From: Oculatellaceae cyanobacterium bins.114
GTDB taxonomy: Bacteria > Cyanobacteriota > Cyanobacteriia > Elainellales > Elainellaceae
Length of the DNA stretch: 38,478 nucleotides
Reading direction: 5' to 3'
Assembly (NCBI GenBank): GCA_033764315.1
Contig: JANRJA010000159.1
Coordinates: 1 to 38,478 of the forward strand
Part shown: positions 10,103 through 19,144 of the stretch, piece by piece
How positions within the stretch are numbered: the stretch's first letter is position 1
How the letters are laid out: each line of letters starts with the position of its first letter
Position numbers and translations under genes: made by a program
The notes under the pieces: generated by a model
Databases searched by the model: none
What the model saw: the letters and a program-made list of their open reading frames with translations, nothing else
Told to the model about the DNA's origin: nothing

Positions 10103-10151
10103 ATGCCCGAAGCTGAGACAGCTTTAGCTGGCTGAGATGACTTTCATGCAT
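10098..10151 (-). pseudogene. Probable 5' remnant of a LysR-family regulator
   Basis: ATG 9 nt after the LOG stop reads MHESHLSQLKLSQLRALI, like the start of cyanobacterial LysR HTH domains. Similarity ends where the duplicated promoter motif begins. Confidence 0.45.
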
Positions 10152-10160
10152 AGCGATCGC

Positions 10161-10742
10161 CTACCGTTGGCTACGATTGAGCCATTTATCAGCAACCACA
10201 GGTTGATAGGTTTCTAACCTATCTAGCAGCTTGGCTGGATGGGAATCTTGCAATACTAAATTGCGATGTTTGAGTGCGAGAAACTGCTCATCAACGGCGT
10301 GATCAAATAGAGTTAAAAGACTGTCGTAATATCGTTCGACATTGAGTAACCCAAACGCTTTTTGATGAATGCCTAATTGCGACCAGGTGAGCACTTCACA
10401 AAATTCTTCAAAGGTGCCAAACCCACCTGGCAACGCAATAAAAGCGTCTGATAGGTCTGCCATCAAAGCTTTGCGTTCGTGCATTGAGTTGACGATGTGG
10501 AGTTGGGTCAAGTTGGGGTGAGCTAATTCTTTGTCCACCAAAATTTGTGGAATCACGCCAATCACCCTACCTCCTGCATCCAAAGCAGCATCAGCAACAA
10601 CTCCCATTAAACCCACGTTGCCACCGCCATACACCAGCTCCAAACCGCGTTCAACCAATGTCTTGCCCATTGCTGCGGCTGCCAATTGATAAGCAGGACG
10701 AAGTCCCATGTTTGATCCACAAAAGACACAGACTCGTTGCAT
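10161..10742 (-). CDS. LOG family nucleotide phosphoribohydrolase (TIGR00730-like)
   Basis: VCVFCGS, LVYGGGNVGLMG, MHERK and PGGFGTFEE signature. Start set at the ATG of MQRVCV. Confidence 0.93.
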   Translation of the reverse strand: MQRVCVFCGSNMGLRPAYQLAAAAMGKTLVERGLELVYGGGNVGLMGVVADAALDAGGRVIGVIPQILVDKELAHPNLTQLHIVNSMHERKALMADLSDAFIALPGGFGTFEEFCEVLTWSQLGIHQKAFGLLNVERYYDSLLTLFDHAVDEQFLALKHRNLVLQDSHPAKLLDRLETYQPVVADKWLNRSQR

Positions 10743-10820
10743 CGGTTGAATTCCTGTTGGCAATCTGACTTACGATAGGCGATCGCCCCGTTCTGAGACT
10801 TCACCTGATTGGATCAGGAC

Positions 10821-11252
10821 TCAAGGCAATTTGTAGCTGGCAACGCGCAGAGTGATGTCGCCCACTTGAGGATCTTCGCTAAAGATAAAGGCTCCCTCTT
10901 CAGTTTCGCCTCCTGACAAAAAGTCGATTTGTTGTTCAGCCGATTCGGTGACTTCACCATTCATCTCTAGTTCGGCAATGATTTGCACCGACTCAGCGGT
11001 ACTGCCTCCGACGTTACTCACCTCAAAAGGAACGTAATAGTTGCCACCTGTCTCTCGCACTTCTCCAGAGGTACTCACCGTAATGGCGGGGTCTTCTTGA
11101 TAGTTAGTGCCAAACCAAACATAGAAGACTAACCCTATTAGACTGATCAAGATGCCAGAAGAAATTCCAAAGGTAATCCACTCAGCGGGGGTACGCTGCG
11201 ATCGCTCTTGTTGCTCGAAATTAGATGATGCTTCAGAGGGTTTTAAGTTCAT
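10821..11252 (-). CDS. TIGR02588-like protein (one TM helix plus small beta-rich domain)
   Basis: RTPAEWITFGIS-TM-...YYVPFEVSNVGGSTAESVQI...IDFLSGGE...F..DP...VASYKLP. ATGA overlap with the upstream stop at 11249-11252. Confidence 0.8.
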   Translation of the reverse strand: MNLKPSEASSNFEQQERSQRTPAEWITFGISSGILISLIGLVFYVWFGTNYQEDPAITVSTSGEVRETGGNYYVPFEVSNVGGSTAESVQIIAELEMNGEVTESAEQQIDFLSGGETEEGAFIFSEDPQVGDITLRVASYKLP

Positions 11253-12121
11253 ACGGCTAACCTTCCAGCCGCACCGCCAATGGTAGCAGGCAAGCCCAAA
11301 ATCAGGGTATAGCTCAACCACATCGTCCACGGGTCATCAAAACTCAGGCGATCAAAAAACCACAGCATCACGGCTGCTGCTGCCAGTGACACGAGATAAG
11401 ACATGACCGTTTCACTTAAGGGACGCTGAAAAATTCCTCGTTGCTGCATCCGTTTTTTTTGGTCTGAGAAATTTGCCTCAAACACAATGCCATAGGAAAT
11501 GAGCAGCGATGTAACAATAATGGCGATTAACCAGGGAGCCGAGACTGCCGAAGACAACATCGCAACTTCATCGGTTGGGGCAATGTTGAAGGCGATAAAG
11601 ATGGAGCCGATCAGCGTGCCTCCGATGTCCGATAAAGTGGCATTAATTTCAGGCTTAGAGTTGCTCTGAGGACTCTCTGAAGGGTTATCTGAGTCATCGT
11701 CAGAGCCAGAACTGAGCAGTTGTCGGGCTAAGGCAACCCCCAAGGTAAACGGCACTCCTTCGTAGACAATTTTGCCTAACTCCTCGTTTAAGGGAGTGCT
11801 AAGAGTAATTTCTTGCAGCAAGATCAAAATCAAAGCCGCACAAAACAGTCCCAAGGCGATCGCTTCTACACTATCTATCACTGCATCTCTCGCATTGACG
11901 TCTTTGGCGTTGCGAAATCCAGAGGTGCGGTTGAGTAAGAAAACGACTCCAAAAGTAGCAGCGATCGCAACCAGCATTCGAGGTGGACTAATAAACGAGC
12001 CAATCCACCACACTTCCATCGTATAGAGCAGAGGAATGCCAAACAAAAAACCACCACAAGCACCTCGAATAATGTCGTTAAGCTCGGTTTTCCAGATCTG
12101 CCGTCGCTTAGCCGCTCTCAT
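11249..12121 (-). CDS. TIGR02587-like integral membrane protein
   Basis: GGFLFGIPLLYTMEVWWIG, FNIAPTDEV and C-terminal GLPATIGGAAGRLAV. Confidence 0.85.
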   Translation of the reverse strand: MRAAKRRQIWKTELNDIIRGACGGFLFGIPLLYTMEVWWIGSFISPPRMLVAIAATFGVVFLLNRTSGFRNAKDVNARDAVIDSVEAIALGLFCAALILILLQEITLSTPLNEELGKIVYEGVPFTLGVALARQLLSSGSDDDSDNPSESPQSNSKPEINATLSDIGGTLIGSIFIAFNIAPTDEVAMLSSAVSAPWLIAIIVTSLLISYGIVFEANFSDQKKRMQQRGIFQRPLSETVMSYLVSLAAAAVMLWFFDRLSFDDPWTMWLSYTLILGLPATIGGAAGRLAV

Positions 12122-12293
12122 ATCCTGAAAGACAAATGTTGACCTCTTAATTTTTCCTCAGAGGTATTCTAAGGAACATCATCACTAAGAGAGAGGATTG
12201 CCTCCAAACCGTTTGACGTTTAGAAAACTCCATGCCGCAGGGTAACGATACCTGATAAAGTATTTTACTCGTTATCATGCAGCACTCGGCACT

Positions 12294-13235
12294 ATGCTCA
12301 ACACGGTCACGGTTACAGTCCCAGGCACGACCTCAAACGTAGGTCCAGGATTTGACTGCCTTGGAGCCGCGTTTACCTTGCGAAATGAGTTTCGATTTAC
12401 ACGATTAGAGGGGCAGACGAGCTGTCAAATTGCGATTTTGAAGACAGATCCAGGAGTGATTCCAACGGGTCGGCAGGATTTGATTCAGCTTGATAACAAC
12501 AATTTGATCTATCAAGCTTTTTTGAAGGCATATGAGTATCTAGAGCAATCTCCTCCCAGTGTGCGCATTGATATGCAAGTGCGAGTGCCGTTTTCACGGG
12601 GGTTGGGTAGCTCGGCAACGGCGATCGTGGGTGGCTTGGTGGGGGCCAATGCGCTGGCAGGTTCGCCGCTCACGCAAGATGAGTTGATGACGATGGCGAT
12701 CGCCATTGAAGGGCACCCCGATAATGTCGTGCCTGCTTTGTTGGGTGGATGTCGTTTAGCGGCCTCCGATGCGACTCACGATTGGACTATCTGTGACGTT
12801 GCCTGGAACGCAGATGTGATTCCGGTTGTGGCAATTCCCGATTTTGAGGTCTCCACCGAAGCAGCCCGCCGGATTTTGCCTAAAGAATACAGTCGTGCTG
12901 ATGCCATCTTTAACATGGCGCACTTGGGCTTGCTGCTGCGGGGGCTTGAAACAGGACGAGAAGATTGGCTTCGCTCTGCCCTACAAGACCGCATCCATCA
13001 ACCCTATCGTCAATCGCTGATTACTGGGTTTGAGGCGGTTCAATCTGCGGCGATCGCTGCTGGAGCCTATGGCCTGGTGATCAGTGGAGCCGGACCAACC
13101 CTCCTGGCATTGACCAATTCCGCCAGTGCCTCAACCGTGGCGATCGCCCTCTCTACTGCCTGGAGCCAGCAGGGTATCTCTGTGCAAACCAAAATTTTGC
13201 AAGTTGATCCACAAGGGGCAAAGGTAGAAGGATAA
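12294..13235 (+). CDS. thrB: Homoserine kinase
   Basis: PGTTSNVGPGFD, PFSRGLGSS (GHMP motif), EGHPDNV, DRIHQPYR and ISGAGPT. Confidence 0.95.
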   Translation: MLNTVTVTVPGTTSNVGPGFDCLGAAFTLRNEFRFTRLEGQTSCQIAILKTDPGVIPTGRQDLIQLDNNNLIYQAFLKAYEYLEQSPPSVRIDMQVRVPFSRGLGSSATAIVGGLVGANALAGSPLTQDELMTMAIAIEGHPDNVVPALLGGCRLAASDATHDWTICDVAWNADVIPVVAIPDFEVSTEAARRILPKEYSRADAIFNMAHLGLLLRGLETGREDWLRSALQDRIHQPYRQSLITGFEAVQSAAIAAGAYGLVISGAGPTLLALTNSASASTVAIALSTAWSQQGISVQTKILQVDPQGAKVEG

Positions 13236-13301
13236 GAAAAAAGAGAGAAGAGGGAAGAATGAATAGGGAAAAGTGAAGGATAAAACCTGTTGGTGATAGG
13301 G

Positions 13302-13826
13302 ATGACTAACACAAAAAGAAATAAAGGTTTATCCCTAATTGAATAGTTTTGCATAACAACAATAGTCATTGTGCTGACTCTGATTGCTCTGCCTATTTTC
13401 TTTCATAAACAAGCGGTTTGTGCCTCGAAACAAACGATTGCTAGACATATTGTAGGAACTATAGTCAGGGCACAAGAGGCTCATCACCGAGAACGGGGTG
13501 AGTTTATGAGTTCGATGCAGCAAGTAGAGCAGGAGTTGGGAAGATTTCAGAATGAGTATTGGCAGATTTCGATGGAGCAACAGGAGAATGTAATTTTCGT
13601 TTATGCAACGGCTCGTCCAGAAGCAGTTGATAATTTGAAACGTTACAGCTATGTTGCTTCGATTACGTTTGATGAAACTAGTAATCAATATCTAAAAATT
13701 GTTTGCCGCACAACAGAACCCACCACCACTCAATCTAACAAACCAATCTTGCAAGAGGAGCAGAACTTCCTGTTTGGGCACCGCGATCGGCAATTAGATT
13801 GTGCTTCTGGCACTGATGGTTGCTAA
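13302..13826 (+). pseudogene. Type IV pilin-like (pilin G/H family) gene interrupted by an in-frame TAG at 13344-13346
   Basis: The frame from ATG 13302 reads MTNTKRNKG|LSLIE*FCITTIVIVLTLIALP, with E5 and P22 in canonical prepilin positions. It continues in frame into ORF 13371..13826 (RAQEAH, YATAR, IVC, terminal C..G). Confidence 0.75.
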
Positions 13827-13889
13827 TGAGATTGACTCGTCACTTTTTATCCTTCATCCTTTCCTCTAAAACTGTTTTGTCCTGATACC

Positions 13890-14011
13890 TTAGGGAGTTG
13901 CAAGAAACTCTTGTGCCACCGGGCTTCGACTTCGCTTAGCCCTCCCAGTCTGTGAGTTGAGCGGAGCCGAAACTCGCTTCACAGGTATTCTTTTTGTTTG
14001 CACGTCCCTAA
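13890..14011. mobile_element. MITE-like element with imperfect TIRs and an internal REP-like palindrome
   Basis: TTAGGGAGTTGCAAG...TTTGCACGTCCCTAA ends. Inner TTCGACTTCGCTTAG...TTGAGCGGAGCCGAA is related to the palindrome near 35672-35726. Confidence 0.55.
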
Positions 14012-14048
14012 CATTCTCTGCGTTGGCATCGTCTTGCAGCAACCTCGA

Positions 14049-14666
14049 CTATGCTTGCCGTAGCTCTTTCCAAGACTGAGCAAGAACTTTCCCGGCTGAC
14101 TTGGCAAAAACAAACGTTAACAATAAACCTACGGCTAGATCTGGAAGTGAAGAGTGGGTCAGAAAAATTAACCCTGCTGTGGCAAGAACGGCAGTGTTAG
14201 CAATAATGTCATTGCGCGAACATAGCCACACCGAAGACATGTTTAAATTATCCTTGCGGTGTCTGGTCAACAGCAGTAGACAGAATAAATTTGCAATTAA
14301 CGCCACAACTCCAACCGTACTCATCAAAACTACTTCTGGAGTTGCACCTGTAAACCATTGATAGCTTGCTCTCGCAAAGACGGCGATCGCAAACAAAAAC
14401 ATAATGATTCCTTTGAGAAACGCTGACCCAGCTTGAGCCTTGCTGCCCTTGTTAATGACATACAAACTACTGGCATAGACCAATGCATCGCCCAACATGT
14501 CGAGTGAGTCGCCCGTTAAAGATAACGAATCCCCACGAATGCCTGCTCCAAATTCAACAACAAACATTACTAGATTGATAAACAGCACCACCCAAAGCAC
14601 ATTGGCTTGCTGTTTTTTCAACTTTGTTAGTTCACACCCTTTGTTTTGGCAGCAATCGTCGCTCAT
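14049..14666 (-). CDS. Cation diffusion facilitator (Co/Zn/Cd efflux), short form lacking the C-terminal domain
   Basis: N-terminal CC, SLSLTGDSLDMLGDA, and NMSSVWLCSRNDIIAN. Confidence 0.88.
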   Translation of the reverse strand: MSDDCCQNKGCELTKLKKQQANVLWVVLFINLVMFVVEFGAGIRGDSLSLTGDSLDMLGDALVYASSLYVINKGSKAQAGSAFLKGIIMFLFAIAVFARASYQWFTGATPEVVLMSTVGVVALIANLFCLLLLTRHRKDNLNMSSVWLCSRNDIIANTAVLATAGLIFLTHSSLPDLAVGLLLTFVFAKSAGKVLAQSWKELRQA

Positions 14667-14821
14667 AGCTTGACTGGTATTTCAACGTTGATGCATTCCA
14701 CAATAACTTCTAAAGGTTGTCCTTTCCTATAGCTCAAGCGGTACAACTCTAGATTCAATGTCAGAAGTGCTGGATAATATCTTTTTTTCAGAGTGATCGG
14801 TTATGTCTATCTAGATAACTC

Positions 14822-14948
14822 CTAAGTACTGCTTTTCACAAATAGGGTTCGGAAATAAAACCAAGGGGGTGTGGGGGCGCAGCCCCCAGCCAGGGGTTTC
14901 ACTCCTGCACCCCAAATTCCCACCTCTATTTACGACGAGTTGTACTAA
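14822..14948 (+). mobile_element. 127-bp MITE, copy 1 (inverted copy at 38268-38394)
   Basis: Near-identical to the reverse complement of 38268-38394. Imperfect TIRs ending AAATAG/CTATTT, and CTAA(G) repeated at both ends. Confidence 0.85.
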
Positions 14949-15074
14949 GTTTTTAGATATTATCTGTCAATTTTGACGGTTAATCCTGGAGATTTCGGGT
15001 GATCGGTCAAAAGAGATGGATAGCATAATGGCTTTGTACTAGTCTATCTTGGGTGCATCTGACGGTCAGGGGAG

Positions 15075-15182
15075 TGGCGGTTAAAACCGCACCTACCAGA
15101 ACAAAACCTGCCTTCGCAGGTTCAAAACTCTCAGTCCGCCTACGCGGACTTCGTTCCAATAGCCGCGAATTCATGCGCCGGG
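15075..15182 (+). repeat. REP-like multi-hairpin repeat, copy 1
   Basis: TGGCGGTTAAAACCGC...CGCGGACTTCGTTCCAATAGCCGCGAATTCATGCGCCGGG, with ends shared with 15847-15954. Confidence 0.7.
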
Positions 15183-15243
15183 TTCAGTTCCCCAACTACT
15201 AGATGCGCCTGTCTATCTTCTCCTCTCTACTTTTGCCTTCCCC

Positions 15244-15810
15244 ATGAATACCCCCAGTCATGCCATCCTCAATCTGGCAGCTTTGGGTCGCCCAGCTCAG
15301 CCACAATTTAATCTGGCGATCGCCCTCGGTGGTATCTTGCCCGACATTCCCATTTTTGTCTTTTTTATCTGGGCAGCGTGGATTGAGAAAATGCCACGGG
15401 CAGAGATTTGGACAGAGGGTTATTATCAACCGTTTTGGCAAAATGCGATCGCCACTTTCCATTCCATTCCCCTCGCATTAATTGGGGTAAGCCTTGCCGC
15501 TTGGCGCAAGTGGCAAACGGCAAGGCTAGTTTTCCTTAGCATGGTGTTACACGATTTGCTTGATTTGCCCGTGCATCACGATGACGCTCATCGACATTTC
15601 TTTCCTTTTAGTAACTACCGCTTCATTAGCCCCATCTCTTATTGGGATCCCGATCACTACGGCAATATCGTTGCAGTGATCGAGATGTTTTTGGTTCTTG
15701 TCTCTACAATTTATCTATTTCGTTGGGTGCGATCGCCCATCGGCAAGACTTTCATGGTTGGGGTAAATCTGTTTTATCTGATCGGTTTTTTCATAATGTA
15801 TGTGAGATAG
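15244..15810 (+). CDS. Membrane-bound metal-dependent hydrolase-like protein (YdjM-like)
   Basis: N-terminal TPSH, GGILPD, FHS, LHDLLDLPVHHDDAHRHFFP and several TM segments. Confidence 0.7.
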   Translation: MNTPSHAILNLAALGRPAQPQFNLAIALGGILPDIPIFVFFIWAAWIEKMPRAEIWTEGYYQPFWQNAIATFHSIPLALIGVSLAAWRKWQTARLVFLSMVLHDLLDLPVHHDDAHRHFFPFSNYRFISPISYWDPDHYGNIVAVIEMFLVLVSTIYLFRWVRSPIGKTFMVGVNLFYLIGFFIMYVR

Positions 15811-15846
15811 TTCAGGCGAATGAACACGAATTCGGGATCAGGATTT

Positions 15847-15954
15847 TGGCGGTTGAAACCGCTGACTTCGGCGTGAGCTCAGACGTTCGGCGAAGCTCAG
15901 TCCAGATGTCGAGCCGCGGACTTCGCTCTGGTAGCCGCAAATTGATTCGCTGGG
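15847..15954 (+). repeat. REP-like multi-hairpin repeat, copy 2, with a different central segment
   Basis: TGGCGGTTGAAACCGC...CGCGGACTTCGCTCTGGTAGCCGCAAATTGATTCGCTGGG. Confidence 0.7.
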
Positions 15955-16014
15955 CTGCTTAAACCGAACTGACGTTAATTATTTTTGTTAGCTGGCTTTA
16001 GCTTTAGGAGATTG

Positions 16015-16359
16015 ATGATTCACCGACTTTTTGTTTATGGAACGCTGGCTCCAGGTCGCCCCAACGAACACGTCCTAGCCGATGTTCCGGGAGAGTGGGA
16101 GCCAGCGACCGTCACTGGCACTTTGCTTCAGGAAGGCTGGGGTGCAGCGGCTGGCTATCCAGGCATCATTTTGGATAAGCATGGCGGCGAAATCGAGGGC
16201 TTTCTCTTTAGCTCAGAGGGGCTAGTTGAGCACTGGTCTCGCCTTGATGAGTTTGAGGGTGAAGACTATGAGCGTATCCTAACAACGGTGAACCTCAAGG
16301 ACGGGACAGCCGTGGATGCTTACATCTACCAGCTCCGCACAAAGCTTTTGGGCAATTAG
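16015..16359 (+). CDS. Gamma-glutamylcyclotransferase (AIG2-like) family protein
   Basis: LFVYGTL, YPG, LDEFEG and AYIY motifs. AGGAG RBS precedes ATG 16015. Confidence 0.88.
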   Translation: MIHRLFVYGTLAPGRPNEHVLADVPGEWEPATVTGTLLQEGWGAAAGYPGIILDKHGGEIEGFLFSSEGLVEHWSRLDEFEGEDYERILTTVNLKDGTAVDAYIYQLRTKLLGN

Positions 16360-16456
16360 CATAACTACAATGTTCCAGCATCAGTTGCTTGAGGCAAGGT
16401 GTGAGGCGATCGCCGTGAACCCAGTCATCTATCAAGCAATCAGTGTTTCAAAAAGG

Positions 16457-17350
16457 CTAGGAGCGACGAATATTAAAGCAACACCAATCTTGTCTGCGCC
16501 ACAGGGTTGCCACAATCCAACCGCTCTGCTCTAGCGTGTCAGCTACAGGTTTGACTTGATCTAACAAGATGCCGCTGAGAATGCCCCAGGTTGTGGGTTT
16601 GGCGATCGCACTCATCGCCGGAATCAAGTCAACAATCACTTCTGCCAAAATATTGCAGAGAATTCCATCCACAGGTGCACCCACCATTTGTGTCACCTTA
16701 TCCAAGCTGCCCTCTGCCACAATTAATCGGTGTGGGTCGATTTCGTTGAGTTCTCGGCTATTAATAGAAGCTTGAACGGCCAGCGGGTCAGTATCCACTG
16801 CAAAGGCTTGCTTAGCCCCCAACAAAATTGCCCCAATTGACAAAATGCCAGAACCACACCCAATATCAGCAACGATTGCCTCTGTGTTGCCCTCATCACC
16901 CAAACGCATCTCTAATGCTTCTAGACAGAGTTGAGTCGTCGCATGATTGCCTGTCCCAAATGCGACACCAGGGTCGAGCCTTAGCACTAGACGGTCTTTA
17001 TTTTCAGGCATCGGCAACCAGGCAGGGTTAATCAACAAGCGATCGCCTACCTCTTGGGGGTGCCAATAGTCCTTCCAGCTACTTGCCCAATCTTCTTCAT
17101 CAATCAAATGCCACTGCACAGCGGGCACAGACATGCCGACACATAAGGCATCCTGTTTTAGCAACAACCCCAACGCTGCTAGATCTAGTAATTGCACTTG
17201 GGTTTGTGACATATAGCCTCGCACAATGCAGGCATAGCCTTTCTGTTCACTGGAGGCACCTCGACAACCAAAATCCTCCAGCCTCCAGAAAATAAGATCT
17301 TCCAGAACCGGGTCACAGAGAACTTGAATTTCCCACCAGCTACTTGCCAA
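16457..17350 (-). CDS. prmA: Ribosomal protein L11 methyltransferase
   Basis: [41 protein letters not shown] and LSGI motifs. Confidence 0.95.
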   Translation of the reverse strand: MASSWWEIQVLCDPVLEDLIFWRLEDFGCRGASSEQKGYACIVRGYMSQTQVQLLDLAALGLLLKQDALCVGMSVPAVQWHLIDEEDWASSWKDYWHPQEVGDRLLINPAWLPMPENKDRLVLRLDPGVAFGTGNHATTQLCLEALEMRLGDEGNTEAIVADIGCGSGILSIGAILLGAKQAFAVDTDPLAVQASINSRELNEIDPHRLIVAEGSLDKVTQMVGAPVDGILCNILAEVIVDLIPAMSAIAKPTTWGILSGILLDQVKPVADTLEQSGWIVATLWRRQDWCCFNIRRS

Positions 17351-17516
17351 TCTTGCTGCCTCGAACGCTATACCCTTTCTCCAGTATGAGTCAGGAGTGC
17401 TCTATCCATCCTTTTACTTAGGAAAAAATAGGGATCTCTTGAGAAATATAGGGTTTGAGAGCATGAAAAATAAATAACAAGTTGATAAGTCGTTGGGTCA
17501 ATAAGTGAAACTAAGT

Positions 17517-17680
17517 TACTGGTGTACACACAAATCTTCTGATTTAGCCTGGGCTGGGTTTGATCCTCCCTAACCCTCCTTAAAAAGGAGGGGATCGGAG
17601 TCAAAGTCCCCTTTTTTAAGGGGATTGAGGGGGATCGAGCCAGGTTTTGAACTCTCAACCCGAGATCTGTGTACACGGTA
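17517..17680. mobile_element. MITE-like element with GTGTACAC-containing TIRs and internal CCCT-TTAA-AGGG hairpins
   Basis: TACTGGTGTACACACAAATC...GATCTGTGTACACGGTA. The same right end recurs at 31925-31944. Confidence 0.65.
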
Positions 17681-17751
17681 GCCCTATATCGGGCTTAAAC
17701 GCTTAGCTATTCTAAGTTCTGCCATTTCCCCTGCTCGATCCCCTTATTACT

Positions 17752-17767
17752 TGTATGCAAAGATACA
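17752..17767 (+). promoter_or_regulatory. NtcA-binding site
   Basis: TGTA-TGCAAAGA-TACA matches the extended TGTA-N8-TACA consensus, 36 bp upstream of the glutamate-ammonia ligase gene. Confidence 0.75.
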
Positions 17768-17803
17768 AATTCAACCGAACAAGCTTGATTTACTGGAGGG
17801 CGT

Positions 17804-19144
17804 ATGTCCGGAGGTCTTGACATGGTTTCAGCATTGCCCAAAGATCGATCGCTAGTTGAATTAGCGGATGAACTTAATCTCGAATTCTTTCTCGTTTCTT
17901 ACACAGACCTCCTGGGCGGAACCCGTGCAAAGTTGGTGCCTGCTGCTAAGATTGCGGCTGTCGAATCAGATGGAGCCTTTTTTGCCCCGTTCGCTTCAAA
18001 TTTGGGGTTAGGTCCCGATGCCCATGATATTGCAGCGATCCCCGACCCTAACTCGTTAATTGTGCTGCCCTGGCAGACCAATGTTGGTTGGCTAGCCAGT
18101 GATGCTTATTTAGATGGCAAACCGTTTGCAGCTAGCCCTAGAGTGATCTTCAAACAAGTCCTGCAACAGTGTGAAAGCCTTGGCTACACTTACAAGACTG
18201 GAGTTGAAGCAGAATTTTCACTCTTGAGAAAAACAGAGACAGGGTATGAAGTTGCTGACTCTCTCGACACTGCTGCTCGACCCTGTTACGACCAGTTGAA
18301 CTTGATGCGGCAGTTTGACTTTATCTCGACGCTCGTGCGCTATATGGAGCAGTTAGGCTGGGAGCCTTATCAGTGTGACCATGAAGACGCAAATGGTCAG
18401 TTTGAAATTAACTGGACTTATAACGATGCGATCGTGACTGCCGATCACCATGTGTTCTTTAAGTACATGGTGAAAACCCTGGCAGAGCAACGGGGTCTTA
18501 CCGCCACCTTCATGCCCAAACCCTTTAGCCATCTCACAGGCAACGGGGCACACATTCACATGAGCCTCTGGGACAATGGCAGCAATGCCTTTGCCAATGA
18601 CAGTGATGAAATGGGACTGTCGGCGATCGCCTACGAATTTTTGGGTGGAATCTTAGCTCATGCTCGCGGATTATCTGCCCTGTGTAACCCCACAATTACC
18701 TCCTATAAGCGTTTGTCCGCTAGCACCAGCGTTTCGGGTAGTTGCTGGGCGCCTCGCTACGTTTCCTATGGGGGCAACAATCGTACCCACATGATCCGCA
18801 TTCCTGAAGGAGGACGGTTTGAGTTTCGCCTCCTCGATGGAGCTACCAATCTCTATCTGGCACAAGCAGGCGTCTTAGCCGCTGGACTCGACGGGCTTCA
18901 CAATCACCTCCAACCAGGGCAACGGTTAGACGAGAACATGTTTGTTCGAGGGTCAGAGTTTCCTGATTTGCAAACCTTACCTAGCAGTTTGTTAGAAGCC
19001 TTAACGGCATTCCAACAAGATGGCTTATTAGTAGAAACCCTAGGAGCAGGTGCCAAAACCTTCCTCGATTTCAAATATCAGGAATGGGATACCTACAATT
19101 CCAAAATCACGCCCTGGGAAATCGAGCAGTATATTAACTGTTAA
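17804..19144 (+). CDS. GlnT/GmaS-type glutamate-ammonia ligase family protein (gamma-glutamylamide synthetase-like)
   Basis: TDLLGGTRAKLVPA, GVEAEF, YQCDHEDANGQFEINW, TFMPKPF, GNGAHIHMSLW and YGGNNRTHMIRIP..GRFEFR. An alternative start at 17822 also has GGAGG. Confidence 0.85.
   Translation: MSGGLDMVSALPKDRSLVELADELNLEFFLVSYTDLLGGTRAKLVPAAKIAAVESDGAFFAPFASNLGLGPDAHDIAAIPDPNSLIVLPWQTNVGWLASDAYLDGKPFAASPRVIFKQVLQQCESLGYTYKTGVEAEFSLLRKTETGYEVADSLDTAARPCYDQLNLMRQFDFISTLVRYMEQLGWEPYQCDHEDANGQFEINWTYNDAIVTADHHVFFKYMVKTLAEQRGLTATFMPKPFSHLTGNGAHIHMSLWDNGSNAFANDSDEMGLSAIAYEFLGGILAHARGLSALCNPTITSYKRLSASTSVSGSCWAPRYVSYGGNNRTHMIRIPEGGRFEFRLLDGATNLYLAQAGVLAAGLDGLHNHLQPGQRLDENMFVRGSEFPDLQTLPSSLLEALTAFQQDGLLVETLGAGAKTFLDFKYQEWDTYNSKITPWEIEQYINC

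Noticed and set aside
12440..12490. Slightly longer loop in ThrB as another micro-insertion
   Set aside because: It does not match the 25-nt core, and no HIP1 can be reconstructed.
14663..14800. Small ORF overlapping the CDF start, or a MerR-type promoter
   Set aside because: The ORF has no ATG start and no recognisable motif. The -35/-10 spacing is 21 nt with no convincing dyad.
1862..19144. ggt, GGCT and the GmaS-like ligase as one gamma-glutamyl-amide pathway
   Set aside because: They are spread over 17 kb, on different strands and separated by unrelated genes, with no shared regulatory motif seen.
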